Source: Myxococcota bacterium
GTDB taxonomy: Bacteria; Myxococcota_A; UBA9042; PHBI01; JAWLBL01
Length of the DNA stretch: 64,000 nucleotides
Assembly (NCBI GenBank): GCA_041687695.1
Contig: JAWLBL010000009.1
Span: 202,906 to 266,905 of the forward strand
Direction of reading: 5' to 3'
Of this stretch, positions 22,414 through 32,398 are shown piece by piece. The stretch's first letter is position 1. Every line of letters begins with the position of its first letter. Under the pieces are notes generated by a model. It was given only the letters and a program-made list of their open reading frames with translations, was not told the origin of the DNA and did not search any database. Made by a program: the position numbers and the translations under genes.

Positions 22414-23852
22414 GGCTCGACGATCGCCACGTTGGCCGCCGGGTCGGAGGGCAGATAGAGGATGGGGACCTCTTCGCCGCGCTGGCGATCGACCAGGTGG
22501 GGATCCCAGCCGGTGAGGCGGCCGTCGTAGACCCGACCGTCGACCCGGACCCGATAGGCGAGCTGGTAGGGCGAGCGGCCGTTGACCCTGATCGAGGTGT
22601 CGTAGCCGGTGTCCACGACCTCGCCCACGGTGACCTCGCCCTCGGTCAGGACGCGCCGGACCTTCGTGCGCTTGCGAAAGCCCGCCCGCAGGAAGCCCAG
22701 GCCGACCAAGAGGAAGAGGGACCCGAGGCCGCCACCGATGAGGGCGAACAGCGCCTCGCCGGACGCGAGGCCCGAGATCAGGAAGACGCTGCCCACGCCG
22801 CCGCCGACGCTGGCGAAGATGGCGCCGAAGGTGAGATGGAAGCCGCTGAGCGGGGCGAAGCGCTTGGCGTAGGCGGCGGGCAGCGGCCGCGGCGGGGCGG
22901 GAGGCAACGCCAGAGGGCGGGCCGAGCGGACGGCGACCGCGCCCAGTCCGTCGACCGCGCTGGCGTCGCCGCGGGCCAGGGCGCGCGCCCGCTCGGCGAG
23001 GGTGCCCGCGTGGCGCGGACGGTCGCGAGGGTCGGGCCGCAGCATGGCGGACAGCAGGACGGCCAGCTCGGGGCTGACGTCGACCGCGTCCTGCCAGGCC
23101 AGGCGGTGATCGGGCCCGACGAGGTCCTGCGGGTCGCGGCGGGACAGCAGGGCGACCGCCAGGACGGCCACCGAGTACAGGTCGCTGGCGGGCTCGGCGC
23201 GGCCGGCGAACTGCTCGGGGGCCATGTAGCCGAAGGTGCCGGCGATGGTGCTGCCGTCCTCGGCGCCGCGCACGACGTCGCGGACGGCGCCGAAGTCGAT
23301 GAGGGCCAGGCGCCCGTCGCGGCGGCGCATGACGTTGGCGGGCTTGATGTCGCGGTGCACCACCGGAGGCTCGACGCCGTGCAGGTAGGCCAGGATGTCG
23401 AGCACGTCGGCCATGACCAGCAGGACCTCGTCCTCGCGGAAGCGGCGGCGGGCCAGCTCGCTCTGCAGGGTCTCGCCTTCGATGAGCTCCTGGACGAGGT
23501 ACAGGCCGACGGTCTTGCCGCTGCCGGCGGTGAAGTCCTCGTAGTAGCGAGGGACGCCCGGGTGCTCGAGGGTCTCGAGGACCTTGGCCTCGCGGGCGAA
23601 CAGATCCATCGCCTTGACCGAGTCGAGGCGCCGGACGAGCAGCTCCTTGATGGCGACCGGCTGGCCGTCCGAGAGGCGCTCGGCGCGGTAGGTCGTGCCG
23701 TTGGCGCCCTGGCCGAGGACGGCGAGGAGGCGATAGCGCCCCTCGAGGGCGGTGGGGCCGTGGCAGGCGGCGCAGGCCTCGGCCGGGGGCACGTCCGCGC
23801 CGCAGGTGGCACAGACGACGGTGGCCGTGCTGGGGACGGCTAGGTCGGTCAT
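22407..23852 (-). CDS. Ser/Thr kinase with N-terminal zinc ribbon and C-terminal DUF3592-like membrane domain
   Basis: CATC..CAAC, LGQGANGTTY, HRDIKPAN, DFGAV, GTFGYMAPEQ; two TM helices then a beta domain ending ILYLPSDP; ATG 23852 overlaps upstream stop. Confidence 0.88.
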   Translation of the reverse strand: MTDLAVPSTATVVCATCGADVPPAEACAACHGPTALEGRYRLLAVLGQGANGTTYRAERLSDGQPVAIKELLVRRLDSVKAMDLFAREAKVLETLEHPGVPRYYEDFTAGSGKTVGLYLVQELIEGETLQSELARRRFREDEVLLVMADVLDILAYLHGVEPPVVHRDIKPANVMRRRDGRLALIDFGAVRDVVRGAEDGSTIAGTFGYMAPEQFAGRAEPASDLYSVAVLAVALLSRRDPQDLVGPDHRLAWQDAVDVSPELAVLLSAMLRPDPRDRPRHAGTLAERARALARGDASAVDGLGAVAVRSARPLALPPAPPRPLPAAYAKRFAPLSGFHLTFGAIFASVGGGVGSVFLISGLASGEALFALIGGGLGSLFLLVGLGFLRAGFRKRTKVRRVLTEGEVTVGEVVDTGYDTSIRVNGRSPYQLAYRVRVDGRVYDGRLTGWDPHLVDRQRGEEVPILYLPSDPAANVAIVEPW

Positions 23853-26620
23853 CGGCCGTGCTCCTCGCAGGGCGGCGGGATGTCGGGGTGTAGATCGGTC
23901 AGCGGGGTCGCGGCCGCGAGGTCGCCCCACGCCTCGCCGGCCCAGCGGACGTCGAGGCGGGCGGGGGCCGGGCCGGTGACGGTCAGCTGGGCGGCGCCGA
24001 GGTGGACGACGCCGGTGAAGGCGACGAGGCGCAGGCCGTCGGGGTCGGCGCAGGAGGCGGTGGCGGGGGCCGAGGCGCAGGCCGGGAGGGGGGCGCCATT
24101 GGCGGTGGCCGCGGTGAAGTCGGGGCGGGTCGTCAGGCCGGCGGCGGTGACGGTCGCGTCGTCGACCGGGGTCGGGCGCGTGGCGCCGGCAGCGTCCGGG
24201 TACAGGGCCAGCCGGTACCAGCCGGCGACGTCGTCGAGGTCGGTGACCCCTTCGGCGGTGGCGCCATAGAAGGAGTCGACGGACTGGCCGAGCAGCGCCA
24301 GGGTCGTGCCGGGGCGGACGAAGACGGGCAGCTCGGTCGGCGGGGCGGGCGCGTCGGCGGTGTCGGCGGTGGGCGCGGCGCCGAACAGGGGCCACCAGCC
24401 GTCGCCGGGCAGGGTCACCGGGCGCGAGGCGGTGACCTGGGCGAGGACCGGCGCGACCAGGAGGTCGTCGCCCAGGAAGTATTGGGCCGGTGAGGTCTGC
24501 CACAGGGCGGGGAGCGTCGGCTCGACCAGCCAGGGGTGGCGGACCAGGGGCAGGCCGCGGGCGACGGCCTCGGCGGCGAGGGCGCGGAACAGGGGGAGCA
24601 GCAGCGTGTGGACGCGCGCCCAGCGGCGGTAGTGGGCCAGCGTCTCGGCGTCGCGATCGAAGGCCCAGTTGCCGCACTCGTCCGAGCCGTGGTGGGTGCG
24701 CATCAGGCCGGTGAGCGCGGCCTGGCTGGTCCAGCGGTAGAACAGCTCCTTGTCGGTGTTGGGCACGTCGAAGGACGAGTAGCCGGCGATGTCGGTGCCG
24801 AAGATGGGCACGCCCGACAGGCCGACGTGGACGGCCATGGGGACGACGGACGGGAAGCCGTCGTGGGGGCTCCAGTCGGTGTTCTGGTCGCCGCCCCACA
24901 TCGTCGGGGCCAGCCCGCCGGTGCCGCCGTGGACGGAGGCCCAGCCGCTGCGGGCGAAGAACGTCCAGTGGTTGTCCGGCTCGGGGCCGTCGGCGTGCAC
25001 GGCGGTCATCACCTCGCGGTTGGCGCGCTGCCAGTCGAGCGGATAGCGGTTGTGGACGCGCCAGGGGTCCTCGCCCGAGTGCAGGACGGCGTCGACCGGC
25101 AGCCACTCGGCGAAGTCGGCCATCCAGCCGTCGATGCCCAGGGTGTCGGCGGCGGTGGTCAGGTAGCCCTTCAGCCAGGCGACGGCGGCGGGGTTGGTCA
25201 GGTCGACCATGCTGGACTCGCGGGTCAGCGCGGGGTCGTGCATCAGGTAGGGGGCGCCGCTGCCGTCGTCCTTGCGGATGAGGAAGCCGCCCTCGACGCC
25301 TTCGGCGAACATGCGGGTCGGCGTCGGGACGAACGGGTTGAAGTAGGCCAGGAAGGCGAAGCCCTGGGCGTGCAGGGCGGCGACGTCGGTGGGCAGCTCG
25401 GGGTAGGTGTCGGCGTCCCACTCCCAGGCGTAGGACAGACGGTAGCCGGTCGACAGCTGCTCGCCGCCGATCCAGTCCTCGGACCAGATGGCGCTGGACG
25501 GGATGCCCTCGGCGCGCAGCTGGTCGGCGACCTGCCACAGGCGCGCCGGGCCGCCGACGGCATCGTTCCAAGGGCCGAAGGTCCAGTCGGCGGGCGGCGT
25601 GATGCGGCCGGTGTAGCGGGTGACGGCCTCGACGCGGTCCTTGGGGGTCGCGCCCGCGACCAGCACCAGCGAGGGCAGCTCGGCGTACGAGCGCAGCGCG
25701 CCGCGGGCGGGCGCAGCGTCGCACAGATCCAGCTCGGAGTAGGCGTCGTGGCCGACCAGGGCGGCGTAGCCGGCGGTCGAGTGCCACACGCCCATGGGCG
25801 CGTAGGCCGCCTCGGGCGCGGCGTTGAACGGGAACAGGCCGCCGTCCTCGGGCTTGCCGATGCCCTGCTCCTGCGTCCACAGCGGGTAGGTGCGGCCGCG
25901 CAGATCCAGGCCGGTCACCTGGGTCCCCAACCCGAAGAAGGCCTCGCCGGCGGCGCAGTCGAAGGCCAGCTCGCCGCCGTCCGCCGCGCCGTCGGTGGTC
26001 AAGGCGACCCGCAGGTCGGCCTCGCCGTGCGGGGCGAAGCTCAGGCCGACCGCCTCGCCGTCCGCGGCGGCCCACGTCACGGTGACTGCCTGGGGCGTCG
26101 CGGTGATCGCGGGGGCCCGGTCGTGCAAGCCGCGCCAGGTGAGCCCCGAGTCGGCCCCCTCGAGCGCGATCCGGAAGGCCCCGAACATGTTCATGACCCC
26201 CGGCGCGCCCACGGCCAGGCGGACCGGCGACACGACGTGCCCTTCGGCGTCGACGCAGGCCCCGGGGCCGCTCAGGACCGTGGCCCCACCGGGGGCGGCG
26301 ATCTGCCAGGCGCCCGTCGCAGGCGAGACGACGACGGACCAGTCCCCGAGCGCGGTCGTCAGCGGCGCGTCGGGGGCGGCGTCACACGGCGGCAGCGCAC
26401 CGAGCGGGACCGCGTCGGGCGCAGCATCGTGTCCGGCGTCGCCGCCAGGATCGGCTTCGGCGTCGGCCACATCGGGGTCGGTCGCCAGGTCCCCACCCGT
26501 GTCCCGTGCGCCCGAAGGCGTCTCGTCACCACAGCCAGGCCCGGGGAGGACCGCCAGGCCCACCAGCCCCACCAGTCCGAGGGCCGGGAGCACGCGTCGC
26601 GTCAGCATCGAAGTCGCCAT
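23849..26620 (-). CDS. GH31 glycosidase lipoprotein, YihQ/sulfoquinovosidase-like
   Basis: PLWTQEQGIG, WSEDW, AYFNPF, GWMADFAEWLP nucleophile motif, WGGDQNTDW acid/base, TDIAGY, MRTHHG; signal peptide ending PGPGC. Confidence 0.88.
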   Translation of the reverse strand: MATSMLTRRVLPALGLVGLVGLAVLPGPGCGDETPSGARDTGGDLATDPDVADAEADPGGDAGHDAAPDAVPLGALPPCDAAPDAPLTTALGDWSVVVSPATGAWQIAAPGGATVLSGPGACVDAEGHVVSPVRLAVGAPGVMNMFGAFRIALEGADSGLTWRGLHDRAPAITATPQAVTVTWAAADGEAVGLSFAPHGEADLRVALTTDGAADGGELAFDCAAGEAFFGLGTQVTGLDLRGRTYPLWTQEQGIGKPEDGGLFPFNAAPEAAYAPMGVWHSTAGYAALVGHDAYSELDLCDAAPARGALRSYAELPSLVLVAGATPKDRVEAVTRYTGRITPPADWTFGPWNDAVGGPARLWQVADQLRAEGIPSSAIWSEDWIGGEQLSTGYRLSYAWEWDADTYPELPTDVAALHAQGFAFLAYFNPFVPTPTRMFAEGVEGGFLIRKDDGSGAPYLMHDPALTRESSMVDLTNPAAVAWLKGYLTTAADTLGIDGWMADFAEWLPVDAVLHSGEDPWRVHNRYPLDWQRANREVMTAVHADGPEPDNHWTFFARSGWASVHGGTGGLAPTMWGGDQNTDWSPHDGFPSVVPMAVHVGLSGVPIFGTDIAGYSSFDVPNTDKELFYRWTSQAALTGLMRTHHGSDECGNWAFDRDAETLAHYRRWARVHTLLLPLFRALAAEAVARGLPLVRHPWLVEPTLPALWQTSPAQYFLGDDLLVAPVLAQVTASRPVTLPGDGWWPLFGAAPTADTADAPAPPTELPVFVRPGTTLALLGQSVDSFYGATAEGVTDLDDVAGWYRLALYPDAAGATRPTPVDDATVTAAGLTTRPDFTAATANGAPLPACASAPATASCADPDGLRLVAFTGVVHLGAAQLTVTGPAPARLDVRWAGEAWGDLAAATPLTDLHPDIPPPCEEHGR

Positions 26621-26643
26621 GGGGCGGCAGCATACGCAGAGCG

Positions 26644-27051
26644 TCAGCGGCAGTCGATGAGGACCGGGGCCCCGCCACGCTCGGCCCAGACGACCGCGTT
26701 CTGGCCGAACCGCCGCCCCAGCGCGCGCGCCTCCTCGCGCGTCGGCCCCAGCACCAGGAGGCTCGGCTCGGGCGGCCAGGCGCCGTCGTCGCCGACCCCC
26801 TCGCCTTCGAGCGCGATCCAGCCGCGCGCTGCGACCTCGCGCGCGAGCTCGGCCTGCCGGACGGCGTTGACCGCCGGCGACGTCGGCCTCGACCCGGGAT
26901 TCCAGGCGGTCACGAACGCCCAGGCTTCGGCGCCGGTGCGCGCCAGCAGGGCGTCGAGGCCTGGCTCGACGCGCCCGATGCGCAGCCGCAGCTCGCCCTC
27001 CGGCGTGCGCGCCACGTAGGTCGTCCGTCGATAGGCCTCCCACAGCTCCAT
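26644..27051 (-). CDS. DUF3293 family protein
   Basis: AYRRTTY, AFVTAWNPGS, WPPEPS, LGRRFGQNAVVW. Confidence 0.8.
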   Translation of the reverse strand: MELWEAYRRTTYVARTPEGELRLRIGRVEPGLDALLARTGAEAWAFVTAWNPGSRPTSPAVNAVRQAELAREVAARGWIALEGEGVGDDGAWPPEPSLLVLGPTREEARALGRRFGQNAVVWAERGGAPVLIDCR

Positions 27052-27339
27052 GGAAACTAGAGTCCCCAGCCCTCGAGCCCCGCGCAAGGCGGTGGGCGCG
27101 AAGAACCCTGCCTCATCCGGTCGGGGACGCTCCCGACCCCACCGCCGGGGTCTCGACTCCCCGGCGGGGCGCGGCTCGATCCACTCGGTGTCGCCCACGC
27201 CCGCGCGCCCGTCACGGCATCGCAGCAATCGGTGACAGCCAGCGACCGCCGGTGGCGCGCAGAATCGTCGGAAGTCACAGGGGATTCTCAGGCTGAGACG
27301 AGGCCCGCGGCGGGCGCTTTCACATCGAGACACCCGGGC

Positions 27340-27355
27340 TGGTACGGGGCGTGCT
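27340..27355 (+). promoter_or_regulatory. Possible sigma54 promoter of the DUF4157 gene
   Basis: TGGTACGGGGCGTGCT = GG-N10-GC, 30 bp before the ATG; GGAG RBS follows. Confidence 0.45.
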
Positions 27356-27384
27356 AACCGGGCGAGTCGACCCGGAGACCCGTC

Positions 27385-30300
27385 ATGCCTTCTCCCGACG
27401 ATTCGCGATGGACACATCGAGAGGTCCTCGAGCGCGCGCGCCGACCGGCTCACGAGGCCGAGGACGACCGCGCCGAGGCGCGCCAGCGGCTGCTCGACGC
27501 CTTGCCCGCCGTGCTGGCGGACTTCCAGGCCGAGCCCGAGCGGGTCGGCTGGTGGCTGGCGGACCTCGAGGCGGCGGGGCTCGCCGACGGCCACGACCGC
27601 GAGGCCCTGTACGCGGCCACCGTCGCGCTGGCGGGGCCGGACTACGCCGAGCAGGCGTTCGCGGGGACCACGGAGGGGCCGGCGGCGGCCGAGATCGCGG
27701 CGAGCTTGAGGGCCGACTTCGAGGCGATGGTCGCGGCGCGAGAGCAGCGGGAGCGCGAGGCGTCGCTGCTGGGGCGCGTCGCGGGGCTGGTCGAGCGGCT
27801 GGCGGGGTGGCTGGGGCTCACGGGCGACGAGGTGCGGGTGCGCGCGGACGAGGAGGCCGGGCGACGCACGGCGCAACGCGGCGCGCGCGGGCTGGTGGAC
27901 GAGGGGGTCGTGTGGCTATCGCCGCAGCGGTGGGACCCCGACACGCACCAGGGCCGGGCCGTCCTGGCGCACGAGCTGGTCCACGTCGCGCAGCGCGAGG
28001 AGCGGCAGACCCGGCCGGGCCGGCCCGAGGCCGACAAAGGCGCCGCCGAGCGCGAGGCCGCCAGCCTGGGCGCCGCCTTCGCGGACGGCGCGCGCATCGG
28101 CCCGCCGAGCCAGGTGCTGCCCGCCAGGGACCGGGCGGCGGACACCGACGCCGACAAGGCCGCCGGGCAGGATGGCAAGCCCAACGAGGTGGCCGCCAAG
28201 CGCCCGCAGACGGTCACGCTGAGGCTGGCCGGCTTCGAAGTGCGGGCCACCCTGCCGGCCGAGGGCGGGCCTGCGCGCGTCGTCGTGCCCGCGCTGGGCT
28301 GGAGCCCCCTGCCGGGGCTGAGCTTCAGCCGGGCGGAGCTCACCTTCGACAAGCAGTGGAAGCTGCGGCGCGGGACCCTGCTCGGGTCGCTTGCGGTGGG
28401 GCCGCATCTGCGCGCGGACGGCCTGCGGCTCGACATCGACCGCAACGGCCGCGCCAAGGCGCTCGTCAAGGGCGTGCCGCTGCGCATCGGGCGCAGCATC
28501 GAGGGCACGCTGGACGTGACGGTCGGTGCGGCGGGGCTGACGGGGCGGGCGCGCATCCCGGCGGCGAAGGTGAACCTGGGGCCTGGCGTCGAGGTGAGCG
28601 CGGGCGCGATCGAGGTCGGGCTGTCGCCGGACGGGTCGCTGACGCTGGGCGGCGAGGTCACCGGCGCGGTCGAGCACCTGGGGCAGGTGACCGTCGCGGC
28701 GCGGATGGCCGAGGGGCGGCTGGCGGGCTCGGTGACGGCGTCGCTGGGGCGCCCGGTCGAGCTGTCGCCGGGCGTGAAGGCGACGGCGGGGACGCTGAGC
28801 GGGGCCTGGGCTCCCGACGAGGGGTTCTCGGCCAGCGGGACCGTGACCGTGGACGTGGGCGGCTGGGCGTCGGCGCCGCTGACGGCCGAGTACCAGCACC
28901 GGGGCGGTCGGTGGAGGGTCGCTGGCAGGCTCGAGCAAGTCGCTCCGGCCAGCTTCGGCGAGCTGGCCTTGAGCGAGGGTTGGGCCGAGGTGGCCCTGGG
29001 TGACGCGGGGCTCGAGAAGCTGGGGGTCGGCGGCAAGCTGACGCGGGGCGTCGTCGAGGTGACGCTGGACGGGACGCTGGACGGCGCCAGCGGGGCGCTG
29101 GGCGGCGGCGGCGTCGTGAGGCTGGTCGGGGAAGTCCCGCTGGGGCCGACGGGGGCCGTGCTGTCGGCGGTCGAGGGCGAGGCGACGGTGGCGGCCAGCG
29201 TGCTCACGTCCGTCGCGATGACGCGCGCCGTGGCGACCTGGACGGTGCCTGGGGGGCCGGCGCTCGAGGCGGTCGCCACGGAGATGACCTGGGATACGGT
29301 GGCGGACACGTTCTCGGGGTCGGCGACGCTGGCGGTGACGGAGGCCTGGACGCCTCTGGACTGCGAGTACGTGCGGGCCAGCATCGCTCCGGGGGTGCTG
29401 GGGACCGTCACGTTGGGGCGCGACGGGGTGACGGGGGACCTCCACGAGGTGCCGCTGTCGCTGTCCTTCCCGGTGATCGATCAGGTGCTCGCCGTCGCCC
29501 TGCCGGACTCGGTGGTCGAGCTGGTCACCGGCCACCTGTCGCTGACGGCCGACGGCCTGCTGGCGCTCGCGGTGCCGTGGCTGCCGGTGCGCACCGGCGC
29601 CGTCGCGGGCCAGCTGGACGTGTCGTGGGACCCGGTGGGCGGGCTGGTGATGAACGGCGGCGAGATGAACCTGGGCCTGCCGTGGGGCGGCCAGGTGGCG
29701 ATCGAGAGCCTGGCGCTGGAGGGCGGCCAGCTGACCGGCGCGGCCACCTTCCCGGTCCCGGCGCTGCCGGGGCTGGCGTTCGACGGCGAGGCGAATTTCC
29801 AGGCGCGCGTCACCAACGGCGAGGTGGTGGCGACGGCGGGGCCGCTGGCCTGGCGCAGCGAGGTCGTGCCCGGCCTGACGGGCACCGCGCGGCTCGAGTG
29901 GTCCAGCGGCGAGGGCCTGAAGGCCGAGAGCGACGCCCGGCTGGTCATGGGCGAGCGGACGATCGAGCTGTCGCTGAGCGACGTGTCCTGGGACCTCGAG
30001 GGCGGCCTGTCGGGGACGGCCGCGCTGCGGCTCGAGGACCTGGGGATCGACTGGCTGGCGAGCCCGTGTGTCGAGCTGGTCATCGGCGAGGCGGCCGTTC
30101 GGTTCGAGCGCGGGGCGCTGGTCGGCGGCGGCGCCGACGTCGAGGTGGCGCTGACCTTCGGCAAGGCGACCCTGCAGCTGACCGGGCTGGGGGCCGAGGG
30201 GCCCGAGGCGGACGTCTCGTTGAGCGTGACCAGCCTGGGCGAGACGGTCACCCTGGCCGACCCGGTGACCATCACGGGGCGGCACTCGGGCGGAAAGACC

Positions 30301-32232
30301 ACGCTGCAGGCGGACGGCTGCGCCTGGTCGGTCCCGCTCGGGTCCGAGCTGTTCCGCCTGAACGGCCGGTTGGGGCCGACCACGCTCGACGGCGCCGGGC
30401 TGACCAGCAGCGCGACGCTCGAGCTGTTCGCCGGGCCGCTGGGCTTCGCGACCGCCTCGGCCGAGATCCTGGAGGGGCGCCTGCAGCGCGCCGAGCTGGG
30501 CTTCATGGAGCCGGTCTTCCAGTACCCGGTGGACCGCCCCATCATCCGGGGCCAGTTCACGGGCGCGGCGCTGGCCTACGAAGAGGGCCGCTTCTCGGGC
30601 AGCGTCAGCGGCAAGGCGGACTTCGATCTCGACGGCCTCGCCCGCGAGGACGCCGCCCCGGGCGGCTTGGTCTTCCAGCTCGACGCCCTGCCCGAGGGCG
30701 GCCTCAGCGGCGCCATCAGCGGCTGGGACATCAACGCCGGCCCGCTCGTCATCGACTTCTTCGAGCTGAACCTGATGGGCGACGACGTCTCGGCCACGGT
30801 CGAGGTCAGCCCCCGCGCCGACCTGCCCTTCGAGGCCCAGGGCGAGATCCAGGGCGGCTGGGGCGAGCAGGGCCTGACCCTCAGCGGCGCCTTCGACGTC
30901 GCGTCCAAGAAGGACGCCAACCCCGCCTGGAGCGGCAACGTCAAGGTCGGCTACGCGCCACAGACGGGCCTGACGGCCAAGGGCGCTGCAGAGATCACCC
31001 TCGACAGCGCGTTGGGCGCGAAGGCGAAGGCCGAGCTCGAATACTCGGCGGGACGCCTCGTCTTGAGCGCCTCGGGTGGCACGGTGCTGGAGAAAGACGA
31101 ACCCATCTTCTCGATGAGCAAGCAGCTGGGCGGTCGCAAGAAGATCCTGCCCGGCCTGAAGGTGCGAGATGCCAAGGAGCGAGCGTTCCCGTTGGGGGTT
31201 CCCTACTTCAACGGCGTCACCATCAAGCTCGGCGTCTTCCTGCCCGCCTTCGATATGGGCGGTAGTCTCCACGGACTCGTCGTGCAGGGACGAGTTCCAG
31301 GGTTCGACGTGCTCGCGGGCGAGCGTCCGAGCGTTCATGTCGACAGCACACTGAAGAGCGACCTGTACCTTGGCGGCCAATCTGGCGTCCGCGGGATCAT
31401 CGATGGTCACTTGTACGGAGTAACGCTCGGGGTGCAGGCTGACGCGCTGGTGACGGTCGGCATGGGCCTCATCGACCCGCGGATCACCGCGAACCATATG
31501 CGCTGGTCGCCCGAGGGAGAGCTGTCGGGACAGCTCGGGCTCACCCTGCCCTTCGCAGTCATCATCAAGCCTCAGCTGTTCATCGCGCCTCGGGCGGGAT
31601 TCATGAAGTGGGCAGCAGGCGTCCCTGGCCTGAAGAAGGAGGTCAAGCTCGACCCCGTCAAGCTGGACCTGTTCGACCCGCTCGATCTGAGCTTCAGTTG
31701 GGAGTTCTTGACGGGGAAGACGGCGGATCCGCTGCAGGACCTCGGCCTCGGCGACTTGAACCTCGACACCCTCAAGCAGGGCATCATCGATCCGAATCCT
31801 GAGCTCAAGAAGCTGCTGACCTACATGGTCATGGCCTACGACGTCGTGGCCGAGGTCCTGGGTGACGTAGAGGCTCAGGTCGACAGCGGACTACGCTTCT
31901 GGGAGTCGCTCTTCGATGGCGACAGCCTCGATTCGGCCGTCCGGAAGTCTCACGATGTCGAGCGACTGACGACCGAGAGCCAGGAGTACCTTCGTCTCAT
32001 CGGTCGGCAGCACAAGAACCTCCAGGCGCTCCTCGAGGGAGGCCCGGATCGTCTCGATGAGGGATTGTACGCGCGAACGCTCGAGCAGCTGACCCAGTCG
32101 CTCCTGTTCCTCAATCTGAACTGGGGCACCCTCGCCAGCGAGCACCTCATCTTCCAGGATGGCGACGTGCGTCAGCGCTACAAGGACGCGTACCAAGCGG
32201 CAAGAAGGCGACTCACCGAGCTGCCGAAGTGA
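27385..32232 (+). CDS. DUF4157 (eCIS core domain) protein with long beta-rich region, putative effector
   Basis: GARGL...WDPDTHQGRAVLAHELVHVAQ...AEREA motif (HExxH at 27970..27984); about 1000 aa of Gly/hydrophobic beta-strands; helical C-terminus. Confidence 0.8.
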   Translation: MPSPDDSRWTHREVLERARRPAHEAEDDRAEARQRLLDALPAVLADFQAEPERVGWWLADLEAAGLADGHDREALYAATVALAGPDYAEQAFAGTTEGPAAAEIAASLRADFEAMVAAREQREREASLLGRVAGLVERLAGWLGLTGDEVRVRADEEAGRRTAQRGARGLVDEGVVWLSPQRWDPDTHQGRAVLAHELVHVAQREERQTRPGRPEADKGAAEREAASLGAAFADGARIGPPSQVLPARDRAADTDADKAAGQDGKPNEVAAKRPQTVTLRLAGFEVRATLPAEGGPARVVVPALGWSPLPGLSFSRAELTFDKQWKLRRGTLLGSLAVGPHLRADGLRLDIDRNGRAKALVKGVPLRIGRSIEGTLDVTVGAAGLTGRARIPAAKVNLGPGVEVSAGAIEVGLSPDGSLTLGGEVTGAVEHLGQVTVAARMAEGRLAGSVTASLGRPVELSPGVKATAGTLSGAWAPDEGFSASGTVTVDVGGWASAPLTAEYQHRGGRWRVAGRLEQVAPASFGELALSEGWAEVALGDAGLEKLGVGGKLTRGVVEVTLDGTLDGASGALGGGGVVRLVGEVPLGPTGAVLSAVEGEATVAASVLTSVAMTRAVATWTVPGGPALEAVATEMTWDTVADTFSGSATLAVTEAWTPLDCEYVRASIAPGVLGTVTLGRDGVTGDLHEVPLSLSFPVIDQVLAVALPDSVVELVTGHLSLTADGLLALAVPWLPVRTGAVAGQLDVSWDPVGGLVMNGGEMNLGLPWGGQVAIESLALEGGQLTGAATFPVPALPGLAFDGEANFQARVTNGEVVATAGPLAWRSEVVPGLTGTARLEWSSGEGLKAESDARLVMGERTIELSLSDVSWDLEGGLSGTAALRLEDLGIDWLASPCVELVIGEAAVRFERGALVGGGADVEVALTFGKATLQLTGLGAEGPEADVSLSVTSLGETVTLADPVTITGRHSGGKTTLQADGCAWSVPLGSELFRLNGRLGPTTLDGAGLTSSATLELFAGPLGFATASAEILEGRLQRAELGFMEPVFQYPVDRPIIRGQFTGAALAYEEGRFSGSVSGKADFDLDGLAREDAAPGGLVFQLDALPEGGLSGAISGWDINAGPLVIDFFELNLMGDDVSATVEVSPRADLPFEAQGEIQGGWGEQGLTLSGAFDVASKKDANPAWSGNVKVGYAPQTGLTAKGAAEITLDSALGAKAKAELEYSAGRLVLSASGGTVLEKDEPIFSMSKQLGGRKKILPGLKVRDAKERAFPLGVPYFNGVTIKLGVFLPAFDMGGSLHGLVVQGRVPGFDVLAGERPSVHVDSTLKSDLYLGGQSGVRGIIDGHLYGVTLGVQADALVTVGMGLIDPRITANHMRWSPEGELSGQLGLTLPFAVIIKPQLFIAPRAGFMKWAAGVPGLKKEVKLDPVKLDLFDPLDLSFSWEFLTGKTADPLQDLGLGDLNLDTLKQGIIDPNPELKKLLTYMVMAYDVVAEVLGDVEAQVDSGLRFWESLFDGDSLDSAVRKSHDVERLTTESQEYLRLIGRQHKNLQALLEGGPDRLDEGLYARTLEQLTQSLLFLNLNWGTLASEHLIFQDGDVRQRYKDAYQAARRRLTELPK

Positions 32233-32357
32233 TCGCCGCCGCGCCAGGTCGGCCGACCGTCCCGCCCTCGGTCACGTCGGCAGGGGAAAGCCTACGCGCG
32301 TCAACGGGCGGGCCGGACGGCCACCGCGCATCGTGGGGCAACGCCCACGCGCAACCA

Positions 32358-32375
32358 ATCCCCCGATTGGGGGAT
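32358..32375. terminator. Hairpin between convergent genes
   Basis: ATCCCCC-gatt-GGGGGAT. Confidence 0.35.
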
Positions 32376-32398
32376 GGCGCGGGGCGGTGCGATGGGCT

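Noticed and set aside
23759..23813. CAACH as a heme c site in the second kinase
   Set aside because: Lies at the cytoplasmic N-terminus and pairs with CATC, so a zinc ribbon is more likely
22407..27043. Long ORFs 22407..26075 and 23849..27043 as fusion proteins
   Set aside because: N-terminal extensions are Arg/Pro/Gly-rich shadow translations overlapping real genes; starts at 23852 and 26620 fit better
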